A stretch of 53,899 bases of DNA, filler included, from Stramenopiles sp. TOSAG23-6 (Eukaryota): NCBI GenBank assembly GCA_900128565.1. It is 3 parts of 3 records of this genome, joined end to end, with 100 filler letters (N's around TTAATTAATTAA, not from the genome) between each part and the next. Parts side by side here need not be neighbours in the genome. Positions count along the whole stretch, not along the records: positions 1 to 17,973 come from LT636070.1; 2 more parts are not named here. One strand, given 5' to 3'. The notes beneath the pieces were generated by a model. It had not been told where the DNA came from. It was given only the letters and a program-made list of their open reading frames with translations, and searched no databases. This document shows, piece by piece, positions 1 to 12,491 of this stretch; within the stretch, counting starts at the first letter, position 1; the number at the start of each line of letters is the position of its first letter. The position numbers were made by a program, and so were the translations under genes.

Positions 1-1
1 A

Positions 2-189
2 TATAATAATCCACCACAACAACAATATAATGAACCACCACAATATAATGAACCACCAAAACAACAATATAATAATCACTATAATAATCCATCTTTAATG
101 CAACAACAACAACAACATCAATACAATGATCCTGGATCAATGCGAAATTCAATGTATAGAAATTCAATGAATGCTTCTCCACCACCACC

Positions 190-226
<37 letters not shown>

Positions 227-577
227 GATGAAAAAAGACATTCATACACAGATGTGCAGTCACAGTCAATGCCATTACCTGTAGCTACTGCACCCACTGC
301 TCCAAGTGCACCACTTTCATACAATCCTTCATCAAGAGATTTATTTGCGGAGCAGCGCACTTCTCAAGAAAGGGTACCTAGAGTGTCAGCCATTCAACAA
401 CAAACTTCACATTGGCAGCAACAACCACAAGTTCAAAATCGAATGCATTATCAACAACAACAACAACAACAGCAGCAATGGCAAGTACGACCTGAATTAA
501 ATTCTCACCAGCAACAATGGCAACAACCACCACAGCAACAACAACAACAACAACAACATCATAATTGGATGCCTTAA
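2..577 (+). CDS. C-terminal fragment of a Gln/Pro/Asn-rich low-complexity protein (5' truncated at contig edge)
   Basis: Frame is open from base 2 (YNNPPQQQYNEPP...) to TAA at 577; (CAA)n tracts encode polyQ. Confidence 0.6.
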
Positions 578-748
578 TTGGTAGTCCAAAAAAAAAATAT
601 TGTTGATAATTTCTTTTCGTACAAAAAAAAAATAAAATTTTTTTTTATTATTTCATTTTTATAAATTTAGAAATATTTCAAAACGTATAATAACTCCCAA
701 TTATAAACATCTATCATACTATACGATACAACTATTTTCTTAATTTTC

Positions 749-1595
749 TTAATTTGTTGTAGACATGAGTAGCTTGAATTCATCATATTCAATTAAACCA
801 GAATTATCAGTATCAATGGCATCAATAAGTTGTTCAATATTAATAGTCAATCCAAAATCGTGTTTAATTATTTTAACCAGAGTTTCTGAATTTACATGAC
901 CTGATTTATCGGATTCTCCACCTAGAGCAACGAAAGCATCTAATATATCTGATTCATCATCTACATTTGATGCACGGCTTTTTTGCATTTTTATCACTGT
1001 TAAAAATTCAGAAAAATCTATGGATCCAGATGCGTTATCGTCTACGTCATTAATCATTTGAAAAATTTCTTCGTCTGTTGGCTGCTGTCCCATAGCTAAG
1101 GATTAAAAAATATGATCAAAATAAAATGTTGTGAATATTATGGTTTTGAATATTAGCAGAGAGTGCTATACAGGAATAAAATATAGACATGGAAAAAGTG
1201 TTGATCGAAAAGATATAAAAAAATATAATAATAGAAACTATCAAATGGAAACACAACACTTCATCTTCAAAACTTTTGTGTACAAACAAAGAACATCAAT
1301 AAATAGCCAAAGAAAACATATAGCTATACACACAAACGCTTTTACAAGCTATAGATAGTCGTTAAAAAATTGATACGACATGTGTTATATGTCGTGTTTG
1401 GGATAGAATTGGGAGAGACGTGAAGTTGTTTCATTGGCAGTTACGTTTACACATTTGTTCATGGGACTTACCTTCTAGTACTGCTTTTAATTCCCATTGG
1501 TCAATTGTACCACTTCTGTCTTTGTCATATTGTAAGAAAGCATCTCTACAAGAGTCAATTTCTTCCTGTGTAAGTTTGTTCTGTTTGGCTGACAT
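749..1595 (-). CDS. Calmodulin-like EF-hand protein, outer-arm dynein light chain LC4-like (exons 1595-1472, 1095-749)
   Basis: Spliced product MSAKQNKLTQEEIDSCRDAFLQYDKDRSGTIDQWELKAVLE-A-MGQQPTDEEIF...DAFVALGGESDKSG. EF-hand loops present; the DAFVALGG motif recalls Chlamydomonas LC4. Confidence 0.85.
1096..1471 (-). other. Canonical GT-AG intron (mirror of 16503-16878)
   Basis: AG|GTAAGT...CCTTAG|CT restores the EF-hand frame. Confidence 0.9.
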
Positions 1596-1785
1596 TTCTA
1601 GAAAAAATACAGAAATGCAATGTACAATATTATATAATACCTCAATATTATAGTACAGTATATCTTTTCTTTTTGGAAAATGAAACGGCTCAAAACGGCT
1701 GGAATTGAAGGTACCGGGTACCCCATTTGAATTGGAAACAAAAAACGTTTAAAAAGATTTATTTTTAAAATTTTTTTTTGTCTCA

Positions 1786-4700
1786 TTATTCGGAATTATT
1801 TACAAAATACATTGGATCACAGGATGACATGATTTGCATATGTTTTGTATTATTTTCAGTACTACAGTCGTTTTCCAATTGATTGTGATATTTCGTGCTT
1901 GTATCAGATTTCGTGATTTTTTTTCTGTTTTTTTTTCGTACCTCTTTTTCCAATTGTGCAATTTTGTTTTCAGCATTTTGAAGCATATCAACTACTTTTG
2001 CTGCAGCAGACATTCTAATTCTATGATTTTTTTGAATTTTTTCAGTATTCATTTCTAAATTTCTAATCTTCACAAGACAATCATTAACTGTAGGGTTAGG
2101 GTTTCCACATAAAACACGAAATGTATTTTCGTTACTATATTGATATTCATTCATATTCTTTACTATTTTTATCGTCTTTTTTGATTGTTCGTTTTGATAT
2201 TTTAATTCTTTCATTTCATTTTGGAACAAACATGTTTTTTGTTCCAATTTATTTTGGAACAAACATGTTTTTTGTTCCAATTTGTCCCACATTTCACTAA
2301 TTAATTGATGAGTTTCATTTCGTTCTGTTTCCAAATTATTCTCATATTGTAACAGTTTTTTTTTCATTTTAATTGAATTTTGATTTTGATTATCATAATT
2401 ATTTTGAAGCAATTCGAATTCATTTTGTAAAGTTTGACATTCAGAAGAAGTTTTGGACAATTTAGTTACTTGTGAAGCAAAATGTTTTTCATGCATTTAT
2501 TATGGAAAAATATATTTTATTTTTGTAGTCAAAATGTTTTGTTAGGTACGAAATTTACTATAAAAAAAAAAAAAAATCAATTTTGAAAACGTACAAATCT
2601 TTATCCCTTTTTATTTGACTTTCCAACATACGTAATGCATTTTCCTCTTCATATAAATTTTTTTCTAATATAGACACATAATTTTTATTTTGTAAAAAAT
2701 TTGCTGTTGCCATTTCTGTTATTTTTTCATTTTTTTGAATTTTTTCTGCATTTAATGAGGAAAAATATTTTGTCAAATTTAAAATATTTATTAGAATAAA
2801 TACATGTAAAACAAAAACGATATTGTATACAAACAGTGACAAACTGGCATTTAAAAAAAAAAAAAAAAATCGAAACTAAAATTCATGATGAAAAAAAAAT
2901 AAATTCGAAATTCATGATGAAAAAAAAATAAATTCGAAATTCATGATGAAAAACATACAAAGTTCAATTTTTCTTTAGATTTTTGTTCCAAGAGATGTCG
3001 ATTTTGTAATAATAACTTAAATTGGCATTCTGCTTCCATTATCTTATATTCTCCAAAATCATGTTTATTTCGTGTCATTTCGTGTTGTAAGTCTATACAT
3101 GATTTTTCTTTGTCGCGGAAATCCATTTTCAATTTTGAAATTTCCACGTGCAATTTTGAAATTTCGTGGTTTTGTTCATGTTCAACAGAATTTTGTTGTT
3201 TTTGTTGTGCTTGAAGATTTTTCAATACAATCAATTTTAAACCGTCCGATTCAGTTGAATTTTCAATTTTATCAAGTAAATGTTTTTTTTCTTCGACAAT
3301 ATTTTCATACTTTTCTTGAGCCAATTTATAATTTTGTACCATTTTTTGTACTATTTTTTCATTTGACGTTTCAAAATTGATGAATTTCATTTTTTGTTGT
3401 TTTTGTTTTATTTTCAAGTTTTTAATTTCTTCTATTTTTTTATGGTCTGTTATTTCTATATTGTTTAATGATACAATTTGATGTTTTATTTCCTCTTGCA
3501 ATTTATCTTTTTCGTGTTTTTGTTGTTTTTCATATTTTTGTTGTTTTTCGTGTTGTTCTGTTTCATATACAAAATCTCTACGTAATTCTTCAGTGTATTC
3601 TATTGAATCACGATATAATTGACTTTCTTTATAATAATTCTCCAAGTACATTTTCATTTCTTTTTCTACAATTTGATGTTCATTTTTTTCATAATTACAT
3701 TTTTTTATAATTTCGTTTTTTGATTTTATTTTCTCTAGTAAATTGTCAACCAATTTTTTTTTCTTTTTTTTTTCTTCAATTTCTAATTTATTCATTTTTT
3801 CAAGTTTTCTTTCAAGTGTCCGCGATTCGTTCTCATACGCACCATATTGAGTATCCAACGTATGAATTTCTATTTTATAATTTTTTTCTTGTTTTTTATA
3901 TGTATTTTTTATATTTTCCCACTTTTGCTTCAATGTCAAATAATTATTGATTTCGTGTTTCTGTATCACATCCGCTGCAACTAAAGCAATATTTCGTGTT
4001 TCAACAGTATGTAACGAATTTTCTACATTTTGGATTTCATGTTGATACACTGAAATTTGTTTCATCATTTCAGTATTTGTATGACAAACCTGTTCGGATT
4101 CTAATTCTATTTTTTGATGTATATTTTGAATGTTTTGTTTATCTTGAATTTGATTTAAATATTTTTCTTCCAAAATGTTATTTCTTTTATTTGCGTTTTC
4201 TTCAAAATTATTATGCATGTATTGTGAAGNAAAAAAAAAAAAAAANTNTTAGGTACAAAAAAAAATTTGAAAAAAATTTGAAAAAAATTTGAAAACAAAA
4301 TCAATTCATACAACTTTACATTTTCACTAATAATTGTGCACTTTTTTCAATTTCTGTAGTATATTTCTCTGCTTCCTCTCTTTTCTGTATTTCATGTCGT
4401 ATAGTTTCTTTCATATTTGCATGATCTACTGATAAAGTATCAAATTGTTTTTGAAATTTGTTTGTTACTTCAAGAATTTCTTCTTTTTTCGTGTTTTGAA
4501 AATGATTTGTAACTTCAAGCATTTCTTCTTTTTTGTCTTTTTCACAATGTTTTAGTTTTTCATTGACTTGTTCGATAATACAGTTTTGTTCATTGATATA
4601 AGTGTCTTTACTTTTTATATTTTGTTCCAAAAAAATTATTTCTGTTTTTTTTTTAGTCTTGTAATTTTGAAATTCATTTTCAATTTTGTCTTTCTCCAAA

Positions 4701-5482
4701 GTTATTTTTTCATTTTTTTGTTGCAATAACTTTGTTTGATGAAAATGTTTCATTTGTAAGTCAAGTAATGTCTTTTTATATTTTTCTATGAGTATAATAC
4801 AATCCCTATATTTCGTTTCAAATGTGTTTAATTGTAGGACAGACGGTTCAAAGAATATTTTTGTAGCATTATTTGTGACCTGACTACAATTTTGGGTAGG
4901 GTTAGGGTTATAGTCGTCATTTTTAATTTCGTCATTCGTACTAGACGAATTATATCGATTATCATCGTATTCAGGAGTAGTATTGAATGATGTTGTTTGA
5001 ATAGAGTTTGGCTGAGCTATGCTTTCTTTATTTTGTTTTATATTGAAAGAGTTTTGTTGGTGGGACAACAAACATTGTGTATCAAAATTAGGGTTAGGGT
5101 TACAATTTCTTTGGAATTGAATAGGAAGATTTTTTGGGTTTAAACCAATAGAAATACAATATTTACAAATAATTGACCTTTCTTCTTTCAATAGTCTACT
5201 GAACTTTCTCCTCACAGAAAGTAGCAATTTCCGTAAAGGAATTTCAAACAGTTCAAGTTTACTTATTTCACTCTTTTGATTAACTAGATTTTTAGCAAAA
5301 GTATGTTCTGGGATACTTTTACAGTTGTGTTCTTGGAAAAATTCCTTTTTAAATAATGTACGTATTTGATACTCTGCCTCTTGCAATCGTCTCTGGTATA
5401 ACTTTTGAGTTCGAGTAATAGATTCAATAAGATTGTGTACATGAGGCGGAATACCGCTAAGAGACGTGGTCGTATGTTTCAT
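1786..5482 (-). CDS. Large coiled-coil protein (~1094 aa), mirror of 12492-16188; non-canonical introns at 2495-2594, 2750-2958, 4217-4319
   Basis: Four K/E/Q-rich ORF segments join in frame after removing three family introns. Confidence 0.75.
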
Positions 5483-5658
5483 TTCTCTATTTTTACGAAT
5501 TATGAAAACGTTACAAGGCTACTTCTACTATAAACGTACAATCAACTCTTCCACTATTGTAAAAGTCTATATTCACAAGAGTAGGTGAATACAGTAATTG
5601 TTAGAATGATCTACAATAAAACAGAAAACAATTTAATCCAACTTTTAATGGAACCAAA

Positions 5659-5682
5659 AGAGAGAGAGAGAGAGAGAGAGAG
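5659..5682. repeat. (AG)n microsatellite
   Basis: AGAGAG... run between divergent genes; mirror at ~12292-12315. Confidence 0.9.
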
Positions 5683-5910
5683 GAGTAATTCTTTTCACTC
5701 TCCGAGAAAAAGCGCAAAATATTTTTTGAAACCCGAACGAAAGTTACGAAACCGAAAAATAAAAAATACGTTTTTTTTTAAGAAAGATACGAATATTACA
5801 ACGACTAACACAATATACAGCGTACCATAGTAGTACTCTGCAACTATTTACACCTATCCTCTACTGAACCATAAAACTATATTTCAAAGGAAGTAGACAT
5901 ATCTACTAGT

Positions 5911-7776
5911 ATGACGTATACGGCAGCACACAAAATATTGAATACCTTACTTTACTTATATTTGTTGTCTTCTGTTTTCTTCTCACAAAAGATTCTCACT
6001 AAAGCTGCAACAAAAAGTCGGCCTGTAAAACAAAAGAATACTGCAAGCAACAACTTCAAAGGTCCTTTTAAGGATAAAAATGTTTATCTTTTATATGATT
6101 CATATCACATGGACGATATGAACGAACAAAGAAATACAATGCTGAGAGTATTTGAAGTAGCAGAATATATTGGAAGACTCAATGTATTCAACCTCACTGT
6201 AGTAATTCCGCGGATCCGACTTCAAAAAGAAGTCAACGGTTCAGAGAGAAAAGATTCCGAGGATTCTGATTCATTATTCATAGCTCCCTCTACGTATTAC
6301 AACATAACAACAACGTTAACGGATGCCTCTGCAAGCTTTACAGTGATGGATTTCCAAGTATATAATGAGTTACAGGTAAAAGAAGATAATGTAGATGCTT
6401 CGAAACAACCTTTGTCAATGGTTCCTCTACTTTGGGTTACAAACGTAAAGAAGAAGAATTGGACGAAAGCTCGAAAGAGGACTGACGACAAAACTTTCCA
6501 GTTTTCTAGATATCAAAAGTTTTGTCAAAAAAATCGAATGAAACACCCTGGAAAATTTCCCACTGAACAATATGGTAATAAAGTACCATTCAGCGGTGTT
6601 GAGTTAACTGTAGAAGCTATTATATGCAGAAAGAATTATTGGGGTGTCAAAGAATATATGGCAATTATAGAACATTTACTGCATTATGGTGCGATTGCAT
6701 TTCCTGAGCTTAGTCTTTCTTCGCATATTTACAAGATTGGATCAAATGAATTGAAGGATTCGTCCCAGATGCATCCGATCAGTTATATATTTCATAAATC
6801 ATTTCAATATAATGAAAAGTATATAGAGATAGTGATACAGTGGTTAGGCGATTTACAAAATAAAAACGGTACTGTAGAATCAAGCATTGATAATTCTGGG
6901 AAAGCAAATGATAATTCTGGGAAAACAAATGAGGGAAACAACCACATCCAAAATAGTTATAAAATTGTAAACAGAGTACCTATAGTATTATTTACTGCAA
7001 TACATTGGGTTAATGAAAAAGACCATACGTCAAAGTCAACGAATCTTGATGATATAGACAATAAGCATGAAGACATAATGCAGCCATTTGGTTTTGTTGG
7101 TGGTGTTCCACAGATTATGTTTTCATTTGGAGATATTTCAGATGGTCTAATACGTTTCCTACGTCGAAATAATGACACTTTGCAAAAATTTTACGTCTTT
7201 ACTAGAGACAAAAAAGAATGGGTGAAACTTCAAGAAGATATCAACAAAAAAGCATCGAAACATCGCCTCACATATGAAGTTGATGATTTATTTTTACCGC
7301 AATTTACAGTAGCAGATTTGCAAAAGTATCAAATGATCAATGATGTATATCAGCATGAAGATGAAGGTATGAGCGATGTTATAAACAAAGTGGAGATTTC
7401 TATTATTGAACAATGCATTTGCCTTCTTGCTCAAAAGTTTTATGGTACCTATAAATCCTCATTTTCAAAGATAATACACGAAATGCGAAAGTATAATACT
7501 ATGTATGGTATTCCAAACCAACCACAAGAAACAATAACGAATCTGTACGTTATTCATAATGTATTTCATTTTTTTTCCATAGAGAATTCTATACCTAACA
7601 AAAAATTTTAAAAAAATTTTAAATATTTTTCACAATGCTTACGGACTAAACTTTTTCCTGACCATGGCGGATTTGCCGGTTATCGTGCTGGTGAAGAATT
7701 AGAGTTTGTAAATGGCGTCGTTAAACCGAAAGGAAAGGCTAGCAAAAGAGTTAAACTCTTTGATCCGGAACTATAG
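5911..7776 (+). CDS. POFUT2-like (GT68/O-FucT fold) protein, ~589 aa (exons 5911-7544, 7641-7776)
   Basis: N-terminal hydrophobic anchor; motifs YLLYD, FTAIHW, KFYVFT and ISIIEQCICLLAQKFYGTYKSSFSKIIHEMR resemble POFUT2. After intron removal the C-terminus reads ...ETITNLRTKLFPDHGG...KLFDPEL*. Confidence 0.7.
7545..7640 (+). other. Non-canonical family intron, GT...TT, 96 nt
   Basis: CT|GTACGTTATT...ATACCTAAC...AAATATTTTTCACAATGCTT|ACGG; phase 2; contains an in-frame stop. Confidence 0.8.
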
Positions 7777-8085
7777 GAATTAAAAAAAAAAGTAAAATAT
7801 TTTATTACATACAAAATTTGGTACAAAAAATTAAAAAATTAAAATAACAAAATTAAGGGAATATTTAGAGTTAAGATTCCCATGAATTCAAATATCGTAT
7901 ATAGTGTAGTATATAGTATTATATATTTTATAAAAAAGATATGAAATCAATCAATCAATCAATCAATCGAACGAAATCTTTCTTTTTTGTTTTGTTACAA
8001 TGTAAACATTGAAATGCAGAATTTCATGTTTGCTTCAAGGTTACCAGGTACTTGGAGTTGAATGTGACATTATAAGGTATAAAAA

Positions 8086-8886
8086 TTATCTCCCTACGAC
8101 ATGAATTGTAACTTCAGTTTTCATAGTATTGTTTCCAGCCACCACATTATTCTTTTTCGTAATTTCTGCACATATTAATAAAAGTATACTACATATATAT
8201 GCAATTAAGAAAATAAAGAAACCTGGAAGAAGTTCAGTTTCTTCGGAAGGTTCTTTAAAACGTTTTCTTAAAATATCAAAATATGTTGCAAAACTTAAAA
8301 CATAAGTAGTTGTAAACCCACAAAAAACTGCGTAAATATTCCAAGTTTGATATTGTTTTGTTTTTATCTCAAGATTTGTTTTGTAGGATGTTCCATGCCT
8401 CTTTTTGTAAACCATACTCCACAATGTTGACGTCACTACACATGTTGTAGTTATTGTTAGTAGTAGACAAATGATTTGAACAAGAATTAACTCAATCTTT
8501 CCATGAATTGTCGAAAACATTTTTTCAGATAACGCACATTTCCCTTGACCACAAACCTGCCACAGATGTATTTTTAAGAGAAAACTTAGTTTATGGTGCC
8601 TCCGTGTCCAATAATTTGTATATGGCAAATTCATGATTGGTACAAATTGAAGAGTAATTAGACAAATTGAAAGTAAGCTTTGAATTATTAACATAAAAAT
8701 CTTAATTTGTCGCGAATTATTAATATGAAAACAATTGCATTCACAATTGCATTCATCTTTCAACTCTTCACGTATATATTGAAATACAAAACCACCAATA
8801 ATCAGAAGTGCAAAACTTAAATAAAAAGCAACACGATATTTTTTCGAATAGGACTCCGTATCTCCGAGTTCTGCAAAGTGTCTTGG
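8086..8886 (-). CDS. Multi-pass membrane protein, claudin/PMP22-like (last exon only; mirror of 9088-9888)
   Basis: Several hydrophobic segments and an LWQVC...C motif. Confidence 0.55.
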   Translation of the reverse strand, partial: PRHFAELGDTESYSKKYRVAFYLSFALLIIGGFVFQYIREELKDECNCECNCFHINNSRQIKIFMLIIQSLLSICLITLQFVPIMNLPYTNYWTRRHHKLSFLLKIHLWQVCGQGKCALSEKMFSTIHGKIELILVQIICLLLTITTTCVVTSTLWSMVYKKRHGTSYKTNLEIKTKQYQTWNIYAVFCGFTTTYVLSFATYFDILRKRFKEPSEETELLPGFFIFLIAYICSILLLICAEITKKNNVVAGNNTMKTEVTIHVVGR

Positions 8887-8948
8887 ATGGATTGTAAAAT
8901 ATATTATTAGAAAAAAATTGATGTTTTCGTTAGGTACACATTTTTGTA

Positions 8949-8986
<38 letters not shown>

Positions 8987-9014
8987 AAAAAANTNAAATT
9001 TTAAAAATTAAAAA

Positions 9015-9087
9015 TTTTTTTTTTGTACAAAAATGTGTACCTAACGAAAACATCAATTTTTTTCTAATAATATATTTTACAATCCAT
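9015..9087 (+). other. 3' part of a non-canonical family intron (ends AT); 5' part lost at the fold-back
   Basis: TTTTGTACAAAAATGTGTACCTAAC...TATATTTTACAATCCAT|CCA AGA CAC. Confidence 0.7.
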
Positions 9088-9888
9088 CCAAGACACTTTG
9101 CAGAACTCGGAGATACGGAGTCCTATTCGAAAAAATATCGTGTTGCTTTTTATTTAAGTTTTGCACTTCTGATTATTGGTGGTTTTGTATTTCAATATAT
9201 ACGTGAAGAGTTGAAAGATGAATGCAATTGTGAATGCAATTGTTTTCATATTAATAATTCGCGACAAATTAAGATTTTTATGTTAATAATTCAAAGCTTA
9301 CTTTCAATTTGTCTAATTACTCTTCAATTTGTACCAATCATGAATTTGCCATATACAAATTATTGGACACGGAGGCACCATAAACTAAGTTTTCTCTTAA
9401 AAATACATCTGTGGCAGGTTTGTGGTCAAGGGAAATGTGCGTTATCTGAAAAAATGTTTTCGACAATTCATGGAAAGATTGAGTTAATTCTTGTTCAAAT
9501 CATTTGTCTACTACTAACAATAACTACAACATGTGTAGTGACGTCAACATTGTGGAGTATGGTTTACAAAAAGAGGCATGGAACATCCTACAAAACAAAT
9601 CTTGAGATAAAAACAAAACAATATCAAACTTGGAATATTTACGCAGTTTTTTGTGGGTTTACAACTACTTATGTTTTAAGTTTTGCAACATATTTTGATA
9701 TTTTAAGAAAACGTTTTAAAGAACCTTCCGAAGAAACTGAACTTCTTCCAGGTTTCTTTATTTTCTTAATTGCATATATATGTAGTATACTTTTATTAAT
9801 ATGTGCAGAAATTACGAAAAAGAATAATGTGGTGGCTGGAAACAATACTATGAAAACTGAAGTTACAATTCATGTCGTAGGGAGATAA
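9088..9888 (+). CDS. Multi-pass membrane protein, claudin/PMP22-like (5' truncated)
   Basis: PRHFAELGD...; about 5 hydrophobic helices; HLWQVCGQGKC resembles the claudin GLW-C-C signature. Confidence 0.55.
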   Translation, partial: PRHFAELGDTESYSKKYRVAFYLSFALLIIGGFVFQYIREELKDECNCECNCFHINNSRQIKIFMLIIQSLLSICLITLQFVPIMNLPYTNYWTRRHHKLSFLLKIHLWQVCGQGKCALSEKMFSTIHGKIELILVQIICLLLTITTTCVVTSTLWSMVYKKRHGTSYKTNLEIKTKQYQTWNIYAVFCGFTTTYVLSFATYFDILRKRFKEPSEETELLPGFFIFLIAYICSILLLICAEITKKNNVVAGNNTMKTEVTIHVVGR

Positions 9889-10197
9889 TTTTTATACCTT
9901 ATAATGTCACATTCAACTCCAAGTACCTGGTAACCTTGAAGCAAACATGAAATTCTGCATTTCAATGTTTACATTGTAACAAAACAAAAAAGAAAGATTT
10001 CGTTCGATTGATTGATTGATTGATTGATTTCATATCTTTTTTATAAAATATATAATACTATATACTACACTATATACGATATTTGAATTCATGGGAATCT
10101 TAACTCTAAATATTCCCTTAATTTTGTTATTTTAATTTTTTAATTTTTTGTACCAAATTTTGTATGTAATAAAATATTTTACTTTTTTTTTTAATTC

Positions 10198-12063
10198 CTA
10201 TAGTTCCGGATCAAAGAGTTTAACTCTTTTGCTAGCCTTTCCTTTCGGTTTAACGACGCCATTTACAAACTCTAATTCTTCACCAGCACGATAACCGGCA
10301 AATCCGCCATGGTCAGGAAAAAGTTTAGTCCGTAAGCATTGTGAAAAATATTTAAAATTTTTTTAAAATTTTTTGTTAGGTATAGAATTCTCTATGGAAA
10401 AAAAATGAAATACATTATGAATAACGTACAGATTCGTTATTGTTTCTTGTGGTTGGTTTGGAATACCATACATAGTATTATACTTTCGCATTTCGTGTAT
10501 TATCTTTGAAAATGAGGATTTATAGGTACCATAAAACTTTTGAGCAAGAAGGCAAATGCATTGTTCAATAATAGAAATCTCCACTTTGTTTATAACATCG
10601 CTCATACCTTCATCTTCATGCTGATATACATCATTGATCATTTGATACTTTTGCAAATCTGCTACTGTAAATTGCGGTAAAAATAAATCATCAACTTCAT
10701 ATGTGAGGCGATGTTTCGATGCTTTTTTGTTGATATCTTCTTGAAGTTTCACCCATTCTTTTTTGTCTCTAGTAAAGACGTAAAATTTTTGCAAAGTGTC
10801 ATTATTTCGACGTAGGAAACGTATTAGACCATCTGAAATATCTCCAAATGAAAACATAATCTGTGGAACACCACCAACAAAACCAAATGGCTGCATTATG
10901 TCTTCATGCTTATTGTCTATATCATCAAGATTCGTTGACTTTGACGTATGGTCTTTTTCATTAACCCAATGTATTGCAGTAAATAATACTATAGGTACTC
11001 TGTTTACAATTTTATAACTATTTTGGATGTGGTTGTTTCCCTCATTTGTTTTCCCAGAATTATCATTTGCTTTCCCAGAATTATCAATGCTTGATTCTAC
11101 AGTACCGTTTTTATTTTGTAAATCGCCTAACCACTGTATCACTATCTCTATATACTTTTCATTATATTGAAATGATTTATGAAATATATAACTGATCGGA
11201 TGCATCTGGGACGAATCCTTCAATTCATTTGATCCAATCTTGTAAATATGCGAAGAAAGACTAAGCTCAGGAAATGCAATCGCACCATAATGCAGTAAAT
11301 GTTCTATAATTGCCATATATTCTTTGACACCCCAATAATTCTTTCTGCATATAATAGCTTCTACAGTTAACTCAACACCGCTGAATGGTACTTTATTACC
11401 ATATTGTTCAGTGGGAAATTTTCCAGGGTGTTTCATTCGATTTTTTTGACAAAACTTTTGATATCTAGAAAACTGGAAAGTTTTGTCGTCAGTCCTCTTT
11501 CGAGCTTTCGTCCAATTCTTCTTCTTTACGTTTGTAACCCAAAGTAGAGGAACCATTGACAAAGGTTGTTTCGAAGCATCTACATTATCTTCTTTTACCT
11601 GTAACTCATTATATACTTGGAAATCCATCACTGTAAAGCTTGCAGAGGCATCCGTTAACGTTGTTGTTATGTTGTAATACGTAGAGGGAGCTATGAATAA
11701 TGAATCAGAATCCTCGGAATCTTTTCTCTCTGAACCGTTGACTTCTTTTTGAAGTCGGATCCGCGGAATTACTACAGTGAGGTTGAATACATTGAGTCTT
11801 CCAATATATTCTGCTACTTCAAATACTCTCAGCATTGTATTTCTTTGTTCGTTCATATCGTCCATGTGATATGAATCATATAAAAGATAAACATTTTTAT
11901 CCTTAAAAGGACCTTTGAAGTTGTTGCTTGCAGTATTCTTTTGTTTTACAGGCCGACTTTTTGTTGCAGCTTTAGTGAGAATCTTTTGTGAGAAGAAAAC
12001 AGAAGACAACAAATATAAGTAAAGTAAGGTATTCAATATTTTGTGTGCTGCCGTATACGTCAT
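10198..12063 (-). CDS. Mirror copy of POFUT2-like gene (intron 10334-10429)
   Basis: Reverse complement of 5911-7776. Confidence 0.7.
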
Positions 12064-12491
12064 ACTAGTAGATATGTCTACTTCCTTTGAAATATAGTTT
12101 TATGGTTCAGTAGAGGATAGGTGTAAATAGTTGCAGAGTACTACTATGGTACGCTGTATATTGTGTTAGTCGTTGTAATATTCGTATCTTTCTTAAAAAA
12201 AAACGTATTTTTTATTTTTCGGTTTCGTAACTTTCGTTCGGGTTTCAAAAAATATTTTGCGCTTTTTCTCGGAGAGTGAAAAGAATTACTCCTCTCTCTC
12301 TCTCTCTCTCTCTCTTTTGGTTCCATTAAAAGTTGGATTAAATTGTTTTCTGTTTTATTGTAGATCATTCTAACAATTACTGTATTCACCTACTCTTGTG
12401 AATATAGACTTTTACAATAGTGGAAGAGTTGATTGTACGTTTATAGTAGAAGTAGCCTTGTAACGTTTTCATAATTCGTAAAAATAGAGAA

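Noticed and set aside
118-360. Poly-Cys/poly-Val/poly-Leu ORFs and other short overlapping ORFs in the track
   Set aside because: Antisense or alternate-frame shadows of (CAA)n tracts and real genes.
12205-12262. Possible degenerate family copy upstream of the coiled-coil gene
   Set aside because: Only loose similarity; no CTAAC or CAATAC motif.
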